A stretch of 64,000 bases of DNA from Eledone cirrhosa. Lineage: Eukaryota. Below, in pieces: positions 28,237 to 41,211 of the stretch (positions within the stretch are counted from its first letter, which is position 1; every line of letters starts with the position of its first letter). Where the stretch lies: contig OZ024750.1 of the NCBI GenBank assembly GCA_964016885.1, forward strand, positions 46,128,001 to 46,192,000. Direction: 5' to 3'. Both the position numbers and the translations under genes were made by a program. The notes beneath the pieces are model-generated. The model was not told the DNA's origin. It saw only the letters and a list, made by a program, of their open reading frames with translations, and did no database searches.

Positions 28237-28432
28237 TATACATATATATGTATATATGTATGTATGTATATGTATGTATATACATATGTATACTTATACT
28301 TAGTAAGCCTATATGTATCAGTAAAAATGCATATTTCCTCATATATATGTGGAATCTAAGTGAATATAAATATGTACATATATATATATATATATATATA
28401 TTTATTTATATATATATATATATACATATATA

Positions 28433-28466
<34 letters not shown>

Positions 28467-28494
28467 TTTATATATATATATATATACATATATA

Positions 28495-28599
<105 letters not shown>

Positions 28600-28862
28600 A
28601 TATATCGATTGGCGGTTATACAGAAACTTCGTTTGTATAGTGAAAAGTGTGATTGAACCAGACAAGCAGTTAGAACTGGTTTGGCCAATTGGTCCAATGA
28701 TTGATGCGAGATATTATCGTTGTTAAAACAAATTAGAAACTCACCAGCAATCGCTTGAATAGTTGCTTATAAAGAAACATCCATTAGCTAGGATTCATAA
28801 ACACTACACCTATATACATATATGTGTGTATATATATATATAGGTATGTATGTATCTATATA

Positions 28863-28895
<33 letters not shown>

Positions 28896-28972
28896 GTATA
28901 TATGTAGACATATATATATGCATATACACATATATATATATATAATATAAAATATATATATATATATATACA

Positions 28973-29580
28973 TGGTGGCTGCCACCTCGTTTTCGAGTAC
29001 GGCCACTACTTTATATCCATGTAGGAGAACCCCTACCGATGCGCTGAACGAATGTGACTTTTTAGTCCAGCCAGCGACTTGAAAACTCTGGTACAAAGAC
29101 TACACTTGTGACCATTATTGACACATAGTGCAGGGCCCATGGTACCATGTGATGACAAGTGCAGAGAGATCTCCAGATATAAAGCAATGCCTGTGCTTTG
29201 AAGCTTTTATAGTGAGCAAAGGCACTGCACAAAGCCAGTCCCACTCTCTTAACCAAGATGATATTTACCAAAAAGAAGAACAAGTCAACATCATTGGATA
29301 CCATCAGGGTTGCAGGTGTTATATCAGAGTTTTCCTTCTCCTAGAATTCTGCCTTGACAAAGGCTAAGGGGTCATCTCTCCCAGTGATTTTGGATGGCTA
29401 TTGACTCTTAAGAGCTCCCTTGCCCTTTGACAGGTTTTGTTTTTAGTCCTGCAGGATGTCCAAAGTCACCCTCCTCACCAAGAAACCTTGGTGGGGTTGC
29501 CAGTTTAGTCGCCAACGACCCGACCATGAGACAGGTTGTACTGGGATACATGTTACCAGTAGCACCAACTGGTGACCTGA
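28973..29580 (-). mobile_element. Bipartite non-autonomous RTE-like retroelement (~610 bp)
   Basis: RTE-style 5' UTR (…AGGAGAAGGAAAACTCTGAT…) joined to the 3' zinc-finger remnant and tail; no RT or endonuclease. Confidence 0.65.
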
Positions 29581-29598
29581 CATAATATACATATATAT

Positions 29599-29635
<37 letters not shown>

Positions 29636-29777
29636 CATATATATGTATATATGTATATATTTATATGTATGTATATATATATATTATATTATATATATAT
29701 ATGTATATGCATATATATATATATATGTATATGTATATATATTTATATTATATATATGGATATATACATATATACAA

Positions 29778-29865
<88 letters not shown>

Positions 29866-29869
<4 letters not shown>

Positions 29870-30072
29870 CGAAGGAAATGTGGTAAGGAAACAGGTGGAC
29901 CATAACGCACCAAAGTACTCAATACTTAGGGTAGTAGAGTGGGTAATAGGAACGAGTAGGACCCCGACGGCTGAGCTCAAGCCGTTTCGACGGCTAATTC
30001 TGAACTAAATTAGTCCAGAATTAGCCGTCGAAACGGCTTGAGCTCAGCCGTCGGGGTCCTACTCGTTCCTAT
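29866..30072 (-). mobile_element. PLE-type tail element, copy B, with near-perfect ~127-bp palindrome (29946-30072)
   Basis: ATAGGAACGAG...GGCTAATTCTG / CAGAATTAGCC...CTCGTTCCTAT; flanked by (TA)n. Confidence 0.75.
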
Positions 30073-30156
30073 ATATATATATATATATATATGTATATAC
30101 ATATTTTGTATATATGTATATATATTTATATTATATATATGGATATATACATATAT

Positions 30157-30244
<88 letters not shown>

Positions 30245-30309
30245 TCACTACCTCATTTATATTTTTATCTCTCGTTTTCTTGCTCCCTCTCCGACTCTTT
30301 ATATATAAA

Positions 30310-30470
30310 ATAATTGTTTCTACGTTTGGCACAAGGCCAGCAATTACCCAGTGTATTACTGGTACTTTATTTTATCGACCCTGTGAGGATGAAAGGCAAA
30401 GTTAACCTCGGCGGAATTTGAACTCAGAATGGCAAGGGCCGTAACTCTATACGTCAAAGTATGGCGTCCG
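30310..30470 (-). mobile_element. tRNA-derived SINE, head abutting a PLE-type element
   Basis: Family consensus up to ATGGCGTCCGA. Confidence 0.88.
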
Positions 30471-30631
30471 AGCTGAAGCCGTTTCGACGGCTATTTCTGG
30501 AAAATAGCCGTCGAAACGGCTTGAGCTCTGCCGTCGGTGTCGTACTTTTTCTTATTTCCCACTCTACTACCCTAAGTATTGACTACACGGGTGCGTTATG
30601 GTCCATCTGGTTCCTTACCACAATTCGTTTG

Positions 30632-30633
<2 letters not shown>
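30469..30633 (+). mobile_element. PLE-type tail element, copy C, with fold-back
   Basis: AAGCCGTTTCGACGGCTATTT-ctgga-AAATAGCCGTCGAAACGGCTT, then the shared tail into (TA)n. Confidence 0.72.
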
Positions 30634-30687
<54 letters not shown>

Positions 30688-31372
30688 TGTGTGTGTGTGT
30701 GTATGCATATATGTATTTACCGACGCACACATACATATTATTTTATATATAAACAGTCGGAGAGGGAGGAGAGAAAGAGAGATAAAAAGATAAAAGAGTC
30801 AGTGAGAATATATATTGGTGTGAGAGAGAGAGAGAGAGAGAGAGTACCTGTGTAGGTTGGGTGTTCTAGAAGTTTCAGGCAGCCATATATATATAAACAC
30901 ATTTTTCTATATATGCTGGAGTACGTATATATCTAAATTTGATGCACACATAATTTCTATTTGTGTATATATATATATATATATATCACATCATATATGT
31001 CATTTTGTCACGCGTATACACACCTTCACAATCATATCTTCTGATGAATATCTATATATACATTCACACAAATACACACACATGAAATCTCTATACATAT
31101 ACACACACATAAAATCTCTATATAGAAATTCATATATACAGATTCATACAAATACACACGCATTAAAGCTATATATATATATACACAGAAATACACAAGC
31201 AGGAAGTCAATATATACTTACATACAAATAGACACACTTAAAATCTATATATACATACTCAAAAATACACACATACACACGTATCAATCTATATATCTAA
31301 CTTATATATACATTTAAGTGTATGAGTGTGTTCGTGTATATATATATACATATATATATGTTATATGTATAT

Positions 31373-31486
<114 letters not shown>

Positions 31487-31510
31487 CATAGTAACATATG
31501 TATGTGTATA

Positions 31511-31995
<485 letters not shown>

Positions 31996-32199
31996 GCAAA
32001 GAAGAAAAGGCCTGTCAGCCATTTTGACAGGTAATATGATGAAAGAAAATATGTTAATATCATAAATAGGTGAATTACTGTAAAATTAAGTCGTATATGT
32101 AAACTCCAATTTCCGCTGTCATGATCATTACATTTAACAGAAGGAATTGATATTGCTGAGATGTAATGTTATTTCCACAGGGACATCAACTACAACATA

Positions 32200-34745
32200 T
32201 GGTGGTGGTGGTGGTGGTGGTGGTGGTGGTGGTGGTATGGTGGTGGTGGTGGTGGTGGTGGTGGTATGGTGGTATGGTGGTGGTGGTGGTGGTGGTGGTG
32301 GTGGTGGTGGTGGTGGTGGTGGTGGTGGTATGGTGGTGGTGGTGGTGGTGGTGGTGGTGGTGGTATGGTGGTGGTGGTGGTGGTGGTGGTGGTATGGTGG
32401 TGGTGGTGGTGGTGGTGGTGGTGGTATGGTGGTGGTGGTGGTGGTGGTGGTATGGTGGTGGTGGTGGTGGTGGTGGTGGTGAGGGTGGTGGTGGTGGTGG
32501 TGGTGGTGGTGGTGGTGGTGGTGGTGGTGGTGGTATGGTGGTGGTGGTGGTGGTGGTGGTATGGTGGTGGTGGTGGTGGTGGTGGTGGTGGTGGTGGTGG
32601 TGGTGGTGGTATGGTGGTGGTGGTGGTGGTGGTGGTATGGTGGTGGTGGTGGTGGTGGTGGTGGTATGGTGGTGGTGGTGGTGGTGGTGGTATGGTGGTG
32701 GTGGTGGTGGTGGTGGTGGTATGGTGGTGGTGGTGGTGGTGGTGGTATGGTGGTGGTGGTGGTGGTGGTGGTGGTGGTGCTATGGTGGTGGTGTTGGTGG
32801 TGGTGGTATGGTGGTGGTGGTGGTGGTGGTGGTGGTGGTGGTGGTGGTGGTGGTGGTGGTGGTGGTGGTGGTGGTGGTGGTTGTGGTGGTGGTGGTGGCG
32901 GCGATGGTGGTGGTGGTGGTGGTGGCGGTGGTGGTGGTGGTGGTGGTGGTGGTGGTGGTGTTGTTGTTGTTGTTGTTGGTGGCGGTGGTGGTGGTGGTGG
33001 TGGTGGTGGTGGTGGTGGTGGTGGTGGTGGTGGTGGTGGTGGTGGTGGTGGTGGTTGTGGTGGTGGTGGTGGTGGTGGTGGTGGTGGTGGTGGTGGCGGC
33101 GATGGTGGTGGTGGTGGTGGTGGCGGTGGTGGTGGTGGTGGTGGTGGTGGTATGGTGGTGGTGGTGGTGGTGGTGGTGGTGGTGGTATGGTGGTGGTGGT
33201 GGTGGTGGTGGTATGGTGGTGGTGGTGGTGGTGGTGGTGGTATGGTGGTGGTGGTGGTGGTGGTATGGTGGTGGTGGTGGTGGTGGTGAGGGTGGTGGTG
33301 GTGGTGGTGGTGGTGGTGGTGGTGGTGGTGGTGGTGGTGGTGGTGGTATGGTGGTGGTGGTGGTGGTGGTGGCATGGTGGTGGTGGTGGTGGTGGTGGTG
33401 GTGGTATGGTGGTGGTGGTGGTGGTGGTGGTGGTGAGGGTGGTGGTGGTGGGGGTGGTTGTGGTGGTGGTGTTGTTGTTGTTGTTGGTGGTGGCGGTGGT
33501 GGTGGTGGTGGTGGTGGTGGTGGTGGTGGTAGTGGTGGTGGTGGTGGTGGTAGTGGTGGTGGTGGTCGTCGTGGTGGTGAGTGTGGTGGTGGTGGTGTAG
33601 GGTGGTGGTGGTGAGGGTGGTGGTGGTGGTGAGGATGGTGGTGAGGGTGGCGGATGTTGTGGTGGTGGTGGTGAGAGTGGTGATGGTGAGGGCGGCGGAT
33701 GTTGTGGTGGTGGTGGCGATGGTGGTGAGTGTGGCGGTGAGGTTGTTGAGGGCTGTGGTGGTGTGGTGGTGAGTGTGTTGTTGTTGTTGTTGTTGGTGGT
33801 GGTGAGAGTGGTGAAGGTGAAGATGATGGTGGTGGTGGGGGTGGTGTTGGTTTTGGTGGCTTTCGTGCTGGTGTTGGTGGTGGTGGTGGTAATGGTGGTA
33901 GTGATAGTGATGATAGTTGTAAAGATGTTGGTATTGATGGATGTTGTGGTGATGGTGGTTGTTGTCATGGTGGTGAGGGTGATGGTGTGGTGTTAATTAT
34001 AGTGATGATGGTGGTATTGAGATGTTGGTTGTTGTGATGGTGTTGTGATGGTTGTGGTGGTGATGATGATGGTGGTTGTTGTGATGGTGGTGGTATTATG
34101 ATGTTTGTGGTGGTGTTGTGATGATGGTTGTAGTGTTGTGACGGTGGTGGTGCTGTTGTGATGGTTGTGGTGTTGTGATAATGGTGGTGTTGTGATGGTG
34201 GTGGTGTTGTGATAATGGTGGTGTTGTGATGATGGTGTTGTTGTGATGTTGGTGGTGTTGGCATGATGCTTGTGGTGTTGTGATGGTTGTGGTGTTGTGA
34301 TGGTGGTGCTGTTGTGATGGTTGTGTTGTGATGATGGTGGTGTTGTGATGGTGCTGGTATTGTGATGGTGGTGCTGTTGTGATGGTGGTGGTTGTGTGAT
34401 GGTAGTGGTGTTTTGATGGTGGTGGTGTTGTGATGGTTGTGATGTTGTGATGGTAGTGGTGTTGTGATGGTAGTGGTGTTGTGATGGTTACTGGTGTTGT
34501 GATGGTTGTGATGTTGTGATGGTGGTGGTGTTGTGCTGGTGGTGTTGTGATGGTGGTGGTGTTGTGATTGTGGTGTTGTGATGGTGGTGCTGTTGTGATG
34601 GTGGTATTGTGATGATGGTCGTATTGTGATGATGGTGGTGGTGTGATAGTGGTGGTGTTGTGATTATGGTGGTGTTGTGATGGTGGTGTTGTTGTGATGG
34701 TTCGTATTGCGGTGGTGGTGTTGTGATGGTGGTGCTGTTGTGATG
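32200..34745. repeat. ~2.5-kb (GGT)n-derived array
   Basis: (GGT)n with periodic AT insertions, grading into TGTGATGGTGGTG-type degenerate units. Confidence 0.97.
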
Positions 34746-34831
34746 ATGGAACATATATCGACCAAATCCATAGAGGTCCAACATCAACAATATTTTACAT
34801 TTTGATAAATTTATATATTTAACGTAATAAT

Positions 34832-35199
34832 AGGGTCGGACGCCATGCTTTGACGCATAGAGTTACGGCCCTTGCCATTCTGAGTTCAAATCCCGCCGAG
34901 GTTAACTTTTCCTTTCATCCTTACGCGGTCGATAAAATAAAGTACCAGTAATGCACTGGGTAATTGCTGGCCTTGTGCCAAAAGTAGAAACAATTATAAT
35001 ATACAATAAAGGTGGTGAATTGGCTGTATCGTTAGAGGGTTGAACGCCATGCTTTCTAGCATAGTTACGTCCCTTTACGGCCTGAGTTTAAATCCTGTCG
35101 GAATTAACTTTACCTTTCATCCTTACAGGGTCGATAAAATAAAGTACCAGTAATGTACTAGGTATTTGCTGGCCTAGTGCCATCTGTAGAAACACTTAT
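34832..35199 (+). mobile_element. Two tandem tRNA-derived SINEs (34832-34997, 35010-35199)
   Basis: Family consensus, B box GAGTT(C/T)AAATCC. Confidence 0.9.
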
Positions 35200-35453
35200 A
35201 ATATACTATAACGTAGTAACATTCCTGGATTTTTTCCACTATTTAATTAGATGCTAGAAAAGCCTTAACCGCCTGGAAGACTCTTCATCATAGGTTTGTA
35301 GGATCAGTGTCTACTTGGTGTTATATAACCTCATGTATTAAATCTTCCACACACAAAATAGCATGCTCTTGTTCAAACAATTTAATGTGTATCAGCGCAA
35401 AATATGTGGAGTAAAGCCAATGTTTGAAACATGCTCTAGAATAGGCAAAATAA

Positions 35454-35672
35454 TGGTTTCTGATTTAGACGCAAGGCCAGGAAATGTTTTGGGAGAGGGC
35501 AAATCGAGTAAATTGACCCCAGTGCGTGGCTCGTACTTTATTTTATCGACCACGTAAGAATGAAAGGCAAAGCTAAACTCGGCGAGATTTGAGCTCATAA
35601 CGTAAAGGGTCGCAATGCCAAGCTGCAAAGCATGGTGTCCAACGCTCTACTGAATCTGCTAAGCCACCGCCC
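35454..35672 (-). mobile_element. tRNA-derived SINE, long subfamily
   Basis: Consensus plus ~30-nt insert TTTTGGGAGAGGGCAAATCGAGTAAATTGACC. Confidence 0.85.
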
Positions 35673-35890
35673 AGGGAATAAGTAAAATAATTAATAAATA
35701 TATTGAAGTTTGATAGAGCTACACTACCCATAAATACATAAACTCACTATATAAATGTGTTTAGATTTATATAAAACCATTCCGTCAATTTTACGTTAAG
35801 ATATGTTTTCATTTCATTTATATTTTTAGGTTTTAACAAGGAGAAAATCAGTAGTATTCCTCAACCCCACAAAATATTTTATTATTTGAA

Positions 35891-36076
35891 GTGGATTGGC
35901 AGTATCGGTAGAGGGTCGGACGTCATGCTTTCCAGCATAGTTATGTCCCTTTACGGTCTGAGTTCAAATCCGGCCGAGGTTGACTTTGTCTTTCATCCTT
36001 ATGGGGTCGATAAAATAAAGTACCAGTAATGCACTGGAGTAATTGCTGGCCTTGTGACTAAAGTAGAAACAATTAT
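35891..36076 (+). mobile_element. tRNA-derived SINE (main family)
   Basis: A and B boxes and tail intact. Confidence 0.92.
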
Positions 36077-36576
36077 TTAAAAATCATAGGCAATGCCTTT
36101 CATTCGAAATATGATAATAAATCCGTTAAAGGTGGTAAAACATTGCCTCATTAATTTATTACTAAACCAATAACTTGAAACACCAATATAAAGGATTACA
36201 CTAAATGTAAACATTACTAGACTGACGGAGGGAACATTGTGAAACTTAACTTTAAAAACTACCAAGAATGAGTGGGGGGGGGGGGGGTCAATGTATTCAG
36301 AGTACTTCCAGCCCTAAACAATGTCTTCCTATATATGGAGGCTTGAAAGATATTTAACAACTGAAATGTTTAAATTCTCTCTAGCTATCCTTTTTTAATT
36401 GTTTTTCTTTTTTCTGTTTTCTTTTCTCTTTCCCTCTCTCCCACTGTCCCTCTCTCTATTTCTCTCTCTCTCCCACTGTCTCTCCCTCTTTCTCTCTCTA
36501 TTTGTTTCTCCCTACACACACTATCTCTCTTTCTCTCTTTATTTCTCTCTCTCTCCCTTGTTTTGTTTCCTTGTTA

Positions 36577-37079
36577 TAATTGTTTCTACTTTTGGCACAA
36601 GGCCAGCAATTCACCAGTACATTACTGGTACTTTATTTTATCGACCCCGTAAGGATGAAAGGCAAAGTTAACCTTATTATAATGGACATTGCACAGCTTT
36701 CATTATCTACCATGGCTTACTATCTTTACATTTAAAATTATCAAATAAATAATAAATAATAAATAAACAAACACTTAAATCAGAATTAGGGAGAAAGATA
36801 AGTCTGCAGTCAGCAGGTCAAACATAACATGGCAGAGTTATTATATATATCAAACTAATATGTATAAAGATATTCGTTTCTGATTTAGGCACAAGGCCAA
36901 CAATTTTGGGGGAGGGAAAGTCGAACAAGTCGGCCCAGTACATTACTGGTACTTTATTTTATCGACAACGTAATGATGAAATGCAAAGCTCACCGCGGCA
37001 GGATTTTAACTCAGATTTTAAAGGGCCGTAACTCAATGCCATAAAGCATGTTGTCCGTCGCTTCACTGATACTGCCGCC
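36577..37079 (-). mobile_element. Two SINE copies (36577-36674 truncated; 36874-37079 long subfamily)
   Basis: Family consensus. Confidence 0.85.
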
Positions 37080-37659
37080 CTCATGTAAAAAAATATTAAC
37101 CCGTGGATAACTTTTCAATATGTGTAAGAAACTGTAAATTATACAAGAATATAAATAAAACAGAAAAAATAATAACCAATAAGACAGATATTGAAACCGT
37201 GTCAGTGTTTATGTCATACATGTAGGAGAAAACCTTCTGACACATTAAACTTGCATGGTCAACATTTTGGGAGCATTAGGCCGCATGAGATATTACTCAT
37301 AGTCACAGTAGAGACTTCAGGCGTACTTGGACCCCGTATCGCCAAGCTCCTCCGCTAGATCGGAACGTCGGGGGCCTGACTGAGGAGGGAGCCCCGCAAG
37401 GTTGGGTGTCTGTTTCAGCGGGTATCACTGGCCATCGTCAGCGGGGATGCTTTTGCCGTCTTGCCAGCGGGGTGCAGCACTTCAGCCCTCTTGCCCTAGC
37501 GCCAAAGCCCAATCACCCACCCCTTTCTTCCGCGACACAAGAGCTCTTGCGATCCTCTGCCCCTCCCGTTCTTTTTCTCTTTTTTCTCTATATTTCCCTA
37601 TTCTTTCTTTCGTTTTGTTTCACTTTTTTTAATATTGCCGTTATTATAGTTATCATTAT

Positions 37660-37875
37660 TGGTGGATTGGCAGAATCTGTAGAGCGTCGGACACCATGCT
37701 TCGCTACATAGAGTTACGGCCGTTTACCTTCTGAGTTCAAATCACACCGATGTTAGATTTGCCTTTCATCCTTACGGGGTCGGCAAAATAAAGTACCAGT
37801 AATTCACTGAGGTCGATTTAATCGACTTTCCCCTACCCCTTCGAATTGCTGGCCTTGTGTCTGAAATAGAAACTA
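37660..37875 (+). mobile_element. tRNA-derived SINE, long subfamily
   Basis: Consensus with insert GGTCGATTTAATCGACTTTCCCCTACCCC. Confidence 0.88.
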
Positions 37876-37885
37876 ATATTAAAAT

Positions 37886-38647
37886 AATATTGTTTCTACC
37901 TTAGGCACGAGGCCAGCAACTACCCAGTACATTACTGGTACTTTATTTTATCGACCTCGTAAGGATGAAAGGCAAAGTCAACCTCGGCGGGATTTGAACC
38001 CAGATCGTAAAGGGACGTAACTATGCTGGAAAGCATGGCGTCCGACCCTCTACCGATACTGCCAATCCACTGTAAATAATTGTTTCTACTTTAGGCACAA
38101 AGCCAGCAATTTACCCAGTGTATTACTGGTACTTTATTTTATCGACCCCGTAAGGATGAAAGGGAAAGTCAAACTCAGCGGGATTTGAACTCAGATCGTA
38201 AAGGGACGTAACTATGCTGGAAAGCATGGCGTCCGACCCTCTACCGATACTGCCAATCCACTGTAAATAATTGTTTCTACTTTAGGCACAAAGCCAGCAA
38301 TTTACCCAGTGTATTACTGGTACTTCATTTTATCGACCCCGTAAGGATGAAAGGCAAAGTTAACCTCGGCGGGATTTGAACTCAGATCGTAAAGGGACGT
38401 AACTATGCTGGAAAGCATGGCGTCCGACCCTCTACCGATACTGCCAATCCACTGTAAATAATTGTTTCTACTTTAGGCACAAAGCCAGCAATTTACCCAG
38501 TGTATTACTGGTACTTTATTTTATCGACCCCGTAAGGATGAAAGGGAAAGTCAACCTCAGCGGGATTTGAACTCAGATCGTAAAGGGACGTAACTATGCT
38601 GGAAAACATGGCGTCCGACCCTCTACCGATACTGCCAATCCACCGCC
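37886..38647 (-). mobile_element. Tandem array of four SINE copies (period 190-191 bp)
   Basis: TGTTTCTAC at 37891, 38081, 38272 and 38463; units nearly identical. Confidence 0.95.
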
Positions 38648-39259
38648 CTCAATCCACTGTAAATAATATCATGTTTAGGACAAATTGTATAAGACTGGAG
38701 ACGCTACGAGAAACGTCACGTTAATGTTTCGTTAAACATGTTATTCAGAAATCAAAAATGGCCCCCGATTGCCCAGGATTGATGTATAAGATCATATAAG
38801 ATGTAAGTAATGCTATATATATATTAGTGTGTATTAAAATAGTTAGCAAGAGATGTTTACATGGGAATTGTGTAGAGATACACGATCTAAGATCAAGATA
38901 TTTGACAATCAAGAACACACACATACACATACACATATCCACATACACACATACACACATACACATGTGTATATATGAACAATGTATGTAAATAAGTATG
39001 CATATATGTATGGATATATATGTGTATGTATATATGTATATATGTATATATGTATATATGTATGTATGTAAGCATGTATGTATGTATATATGCATATGTG
39101 GATGTATATGTGTATGTCTGATGTCTGTCTGAATGTATGCATGCATATATATATATATATATGTATCTATACATGTATGTATGTATGTATGAACGTATGT
39201 ATGTATGTATGTATGTATGTATGTATGTATGTAGAAATATGTGTATACATGCATGTAGG

Positions 39260-39316
<57 letters not shown>

Positions 39317-39583
39317 TTATGTATATAATTGTGAATTAATTAAGACAGTCTCAACTGTAAAATGTCATGTTTTTTTCTTTGAGGTGTGGGGAGGGTATAT
39401 TTTTTTTCATTCAGGAGTTTCAGGAACTGTGTTTCTTAAACAATAGCAAAAGAGAGATTCTCTCATTTGTTGTTGTTATTGTTGTTGTTGATTTTGTTGT
39501 TGTTTCAGTTGTTATTGTTGTTGTTGACTTGGTTGTTGTTCTTCTTGTATTTATTGCCGTTATTGTATTTGTTTTGGTTCACC

Positions 39584-39614
<31 letters not shown>

Positions 39615-39735
39615 CAAAGAATTGTACTACATCCACACCAGTATATATATGTATGCATGTATGTATATATATGTATGTGTGTATGTATATGTATGTAAGT
39701 ATGTATGTATATAAATATATATGTATACATATATA

Positions 39736-39781
<46 letters not shown>

Positions 39782-39831
39782 ACATATATATATATATATA
39801 TATATATAAATACATATATATATACATATAC

Positions 39832-39938
<107 letters not shown>

Positions 39939-40245
39939 CTGGTGTAAGTGAAATATAATCCTTTCCTTTTCATTGAAGTAATAACGAAACTTCACAATTT
40001 AACCGTTTTTATTATTTATTTCATTCTAATCTTTTTAAACTTCTTTTAACACTGTTTTTCCTTCGTTGTGTCTTAATACTTTTTTCTATTTTCTGTTTAT
40101 ATAATTCTTTTTTGGCCTAAAGACATAGAAAAGATCATTCATTGTGTTGATGGTGCTAGTGTTTTCTCAAAAAAACTCTAACAAAAGCAAGCTTTGTTTT
40201 TAAACTTAACCAACATATTTAGATACACGCAAACACTCACGCAGT

Positions 40246-40333
<88 letters not shown>

Positions 40334-40533
40334 GTTAGTTATATATATATATGTATATAGTTATATAGCAATGTGACAGTTTGTATGTATATGTAAATAT
40401 ATATATATATTTACCTATACATACAAACTGACACATTGCTATATAACTATATATATACATATGTATATGTATGTGTGTATGTGTGTGTGTGTATGTGCGT
40501 AAATATATATAATATATATATATATAAATATAC

Positions 40534-40606
<73 letters not shown>

Positions 40607-40686
40607 CATATCTATATGTGTGTGTGTGTATAAATATACACACACACACACATATATATATATATGTGTGTGCGTGTGTGTATATT

Positions 40687-40721
<35 letters not shown>

Positions 40722-41030
40722 TAACGCTCACACACAAGCACGATGCAGACACTTTTATTCATTCAGTGTCAAATTGTGTGTGCACCTTCTATTGTTACTG
40801 GGTATTTTCAAGACTTTGACATGGCATACCAGAATAGTTTTTGGTGTTGCCAAACCGAATTGTTCGGTGAAGCGTCCCACCCAGCTCACCTACCTCCGTC
40901 TAAAAGATAAAAACACCGAATTAAAAGATAAAAACAAGTTAACATTAAACGTCTACTACTGTAGAAAAAAACAGACTAAAACAAAATGCTTTAAAAAAAA
41001 TCTAATCGAACAATGTAGTTTTCTATATAT

Positions 41031-41109
<79 letters not shown>

Positions 41110-41154
41110 TATAAGTGTGTGTGTGTGTGGATATATGTATGTTTGTATATATAT

Positions 41155-41211
<57 letters not shown>

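Noticed and set aside
32134-33968. Gly/Tyr-rich or His/Pro-rich structural protein
   Set aside because: The 2-nt AT insertions shift frame repeatedly, so no frame keeps a consistent composition.
40830-40899. Possible - strand exon ([23 protein letters not shown]) with a good acceptor; similar acceptor-only candidates near 6880 and 5365
   Set aside because: No recognisable homology and no consistent exon chain; splice-like signals are common in AT-rich DNA.
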